A model generated the notes under the pieces. The model made no database searches. It saw nothing but the letters and a program-made list of their open reading frames with translations, and was not told the DNA's origin. Positions 32,301-34,868 of a stretch of 34,868 nt of DNA are shown piece by piece. Origin of the DNA: Thraustochytrium aureum (Eukaryota); NCBI GenBank assembly GCA_012862495.1, contig BLSG01000213.1, forward strand, positions 133,859 through 168,726, read 5' to 3'. A program made the position numbers and the translations under genes. Numbering within the stretch: the stretch's first letter is position 1; the number at the start of each line of letters is the position of its first letter.

Positions 32301-34237
32301 GTCAGACAGGCCATCGCCTGCAGCGAGACAGAAGGTCTCGCATGCGGGACGGCTGGGCTGCGCCTCGAGACTGTCGGGCTGCTCCCCGGGTTTTGGAGGC
32401 CCAGCAACAAGAGCCAAACAGTCCTGCAGTGCCAGCCGACCTCGTTTTGCGAGGCCGAAGGTGGCGATGCGCTTCAGAGCAACAAGCAAGACGTTTACTG
32501 CAGCGCTGACCGAACCGGGGTTCTCTGTGCAAGCTGCAATGCCCCTCTGGTTCACAACGCGCAAGACGAGTGCGTAACTTGCCAGCCGGAGGACGTCAAG
32601 GCGCAGACTCTCCGAGTCGCCCTTCTCGGCCCTGTCTGTGTTGTTGCAGCTGTCTTTATCTTCTTCGCCGCGTTGCGGGTATACAACGCTGAAAGCGACG
32701 GCTACAATTGCTTTGGTGGTCGCGGGCGTCCGGTCGTCGGCACGATCGGGGAGAAGTTTTCACTTCTCCGTATGTGCTCCGCCAAGCTTCGGATCTTGGT
32801 CGGGTTCTTCCAGGTCTTTACCACTTTCACAAAGCTGTTTGGCAGCGGCGGGACACTGAGCGGATTTCAATGGGCGTTCTCGCGGTTGTGTTCGACTTCG
32901 ACATCGGGGTCGCCCTGAAGAGCGCTGAAGTACGCTGTGCATGGGACTACAGCTTCTTTGGCAAACTTGCCGCCACCCTCGCGTTCCCTGTGCTCTGGGT
33001 GGGAATCATACTGATATCGCCCAAGATCCACGAGACGGTCAAGTCTGTTTTCGTTCGCGCACAGCATTTCTTACGTGTACCAACGAGGACTGAGGCGCGA
33101 GCCAGCGAAAGCCAGAAATCAGGTGTTCGGCTCACGGCTGAAAGAGGCGCACGGAAGGCACATAGCGGGGTCGCGAGCCAAGGAGACACGGGCAAGGCCC
33201 GACTCCGGCGCGAAGGCACCCTGCTGCACGAAAATTATTCTGGCACGATGTTCGAACGCTTCGTCCTTTGCATGCAGGGCATGCTCATCCTCTACCCGGT
33301 TTTGGTAGGCCGCATTTTCGAGGCTTTCACATGTGACGAGTTCACGGAGGTCGACGGAAGCGTGATTTATCGCGTTCTCCGCGCAGATGTGCGAATCAGC
33401 TGCGAGGACTCGCGCTTTGCGGCGTGGCGCAAGTTTGCTATAGTCGCGATTCTGGTTTTCCCGGTGGGCATTTTCCTCGTCCTGGCGTTCCTGCTGAGGA
33501 TTTCATACATCCTGCTCCAGAGCCCGACGCGCACCACGCGCGAAGAGGTGCTGCTTGTGCGGCTCCGCTACCTTCACGGGCCGTACAAGGCGTCGCGGTT
33601 CTGGTTTGAGGCCTACGACTTGGTGCGCAAGCTCGTCCAGGTCTCCCTGCTTGGGGTGATCGCGGAAGGGCTGAAGACGGAAGCCGGCGTCGGCACGGTC
33701 TCGCTTTTTATCTGCGGCGTGTTCCTGGCGCTTCTCGTTGCTCTTTGTCCCTACCGGGACCGGACGGACTTTGACTTTGCCGTGACGTCGATGTCGTTCT
33801 TGTTCGTGACCAACTTTTGTGCGCTCATGGGCGACTCCGTCGACCCGGCGAACCAGTCGTTCTATGCACTTTGCGCAGGTATATGCCTTGTTTCGGAGTG
33901 TGTCGCCTTCGTCTACTTTTCGTCTGTAATGATACGCAGCAGGATTAGCGCACCCGCGCAAAAGATTGCGGCAGTGGTTCGCAGGCAAAGCTCGGTTGTG
34001 TTCAACAGCCTTCAGTTTAGCGGTGGTTTGATCCACCCTCGCGTCGGGAGCGCGCCGACTCGTCCGATCGTCGAACCGGTGAAGGCCAATGCGGGCGCCG
34101 GCCGACCCTCATCGGCAAACTTTGCTGCAAGGAGCAGTGCAGCCAAGAAATCGCTGGATCTTCGCGTCCTGCCGACGCTCGACACCGAGCCGCGCGACAC
34201 AGAGCTCATCGTGCCGTTGGACCCAACCAACTTGTAG
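29386..34237 (+). CDS. Large receptor-like membrane protein: signal peptide, ~18-19 plant-type LRRs, LRRCT, FN3, Cys-rich repeats, ~8-9 TM C-terminal domain; spans false gap 31926-32027 and frameshift at ~32866
   Basis: MRLLVGSWAAAGAIAAACA signal; LxxLxLxxNxLxGxIP repeats; GNPWSCGC; FN3 PVNLSV..LVWGPP..NGVLTRF..LTGLAADSVYLVSVRAGTQVGFGPLSE; CxxC repeats, LLPGFWR, RTGVLCASC; TM region with KLRILVGFFQV, LRADVRISC, YKASRFWFEAYDLVRK and CPY motifs. Confidence 0.85.
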
Positions 34238-34659
34238 ACAAAGCCCGCGTTGTAGAGTTCCAGTATGTTTGCAGTGGCACTTGGCCTGGCTGAGGGACGT
34301 CAGCCGACCAGTGCGCAGCGCGGTTTACTCAAGTAGAGATAGGCCAGTAGATAGACAGACACTGGGGTAAGCAGAGAACTCTGGGTACCTTGCCGCCCAT
34401 GGCCCAAGTTGCACATTTGCATTCGCCGAAGCTTCCGGGCGCCCTTCCGTCGACATCGCGGCACGCGGCAGCAACAGCCTCGCACGGCAGAGAACAAATT
34501 CCTGCCGCGGGTCAGCGAAACGTGGGAATGGATTCCTGGACTGCGCCGGGCGACCCTTGGGAGAGCCCTGGTGTGACCATCAACTCTAGAGTCCGAAGCC
34601 CCACGTCGTCGTCACAGTTACTCTACCAACTCGCAATGACTACTTGCAGTGAGTGCTGA

Positions 34660-34780
34660 GGCGCACGGGTGACACAACCGGCGGGCGCACGGGTGACACA
34701 ACCCGGCAGGTGGAGGTAAGCGCCGGGCTCGCGCGTGGTTGACACAAAGCGACCCTCAGTTCGAGCGACCCTCAGTTCGA
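34660..34780. repeat. Two short tandem duplications (24 bp x2; 16 bp x2)
   Basis: ggcgcacgggtgacacaacc(ggcg) x2 at 34660-34703; gcgaccctcagttcga x2 at 34749-34780. Confidence 0.8.
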
Positions 34781-34868
34781 CAACGCACTGAACACTCCCG
34801 TTCGGGAGAACTATAGAGGGGCAAATTCCGCAGGGCCACATCCACCGCATGCACGGCGTGATGGGCAG

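Noticed and set aside
32600..33950. Calling the multipass domain a 7TM GPCR
   Set aside because: More than seven hydrophobic segments by eye and no GPS/GAIN or class-specific GPCR motifs.

Overview
GC-rich, gene-dense eukaryotic genomic scaffold with few short GT-AG introns and five N-gaps. Gene content and compactness suggest a stramenopile protist such as a thraustochytrid/labyrinthulomycete (inference only). Twelve protein-coding genes are supported: a TTL-like ATP-grasp ligase with an apparent N-terminal membrane anchor, a TEY-type MAP kinase, a coiled-coil + tandem GAF protein, a two-repeat (2x 6TM-pore-CNBD) K+/CNG-type channel, an SDR reductase, an LRRC72-like LRR protein, an ankyrin protein, a coiled-coil protein with a (KGSPKA)8 tail, a RidA/YoaB protein, a PTS1-bearing Baeyer-Villiger monooxygenase, an FG-GAP/EGF type I surface protein and a large LRR-FN3-Cys-rich multipass membrane protein. 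Four genes carry apparent single-base frameshifts and three gaps look like unmerged contig overlaps; correcting these restores continuous proteins. No RNA genes, CRISPR arrays or recognisable transposons were seen. Best candidates for new biology: the LRR/FN3 multipass receptor-like protein paired head-to-head with the FG-GAP surface protein, the asymmetric tandem channel with degenerate CNBDs beside a GAF-only protein, and the membrane-anchored TTL-like ligase. All family assignments are by motif reading, not database search.
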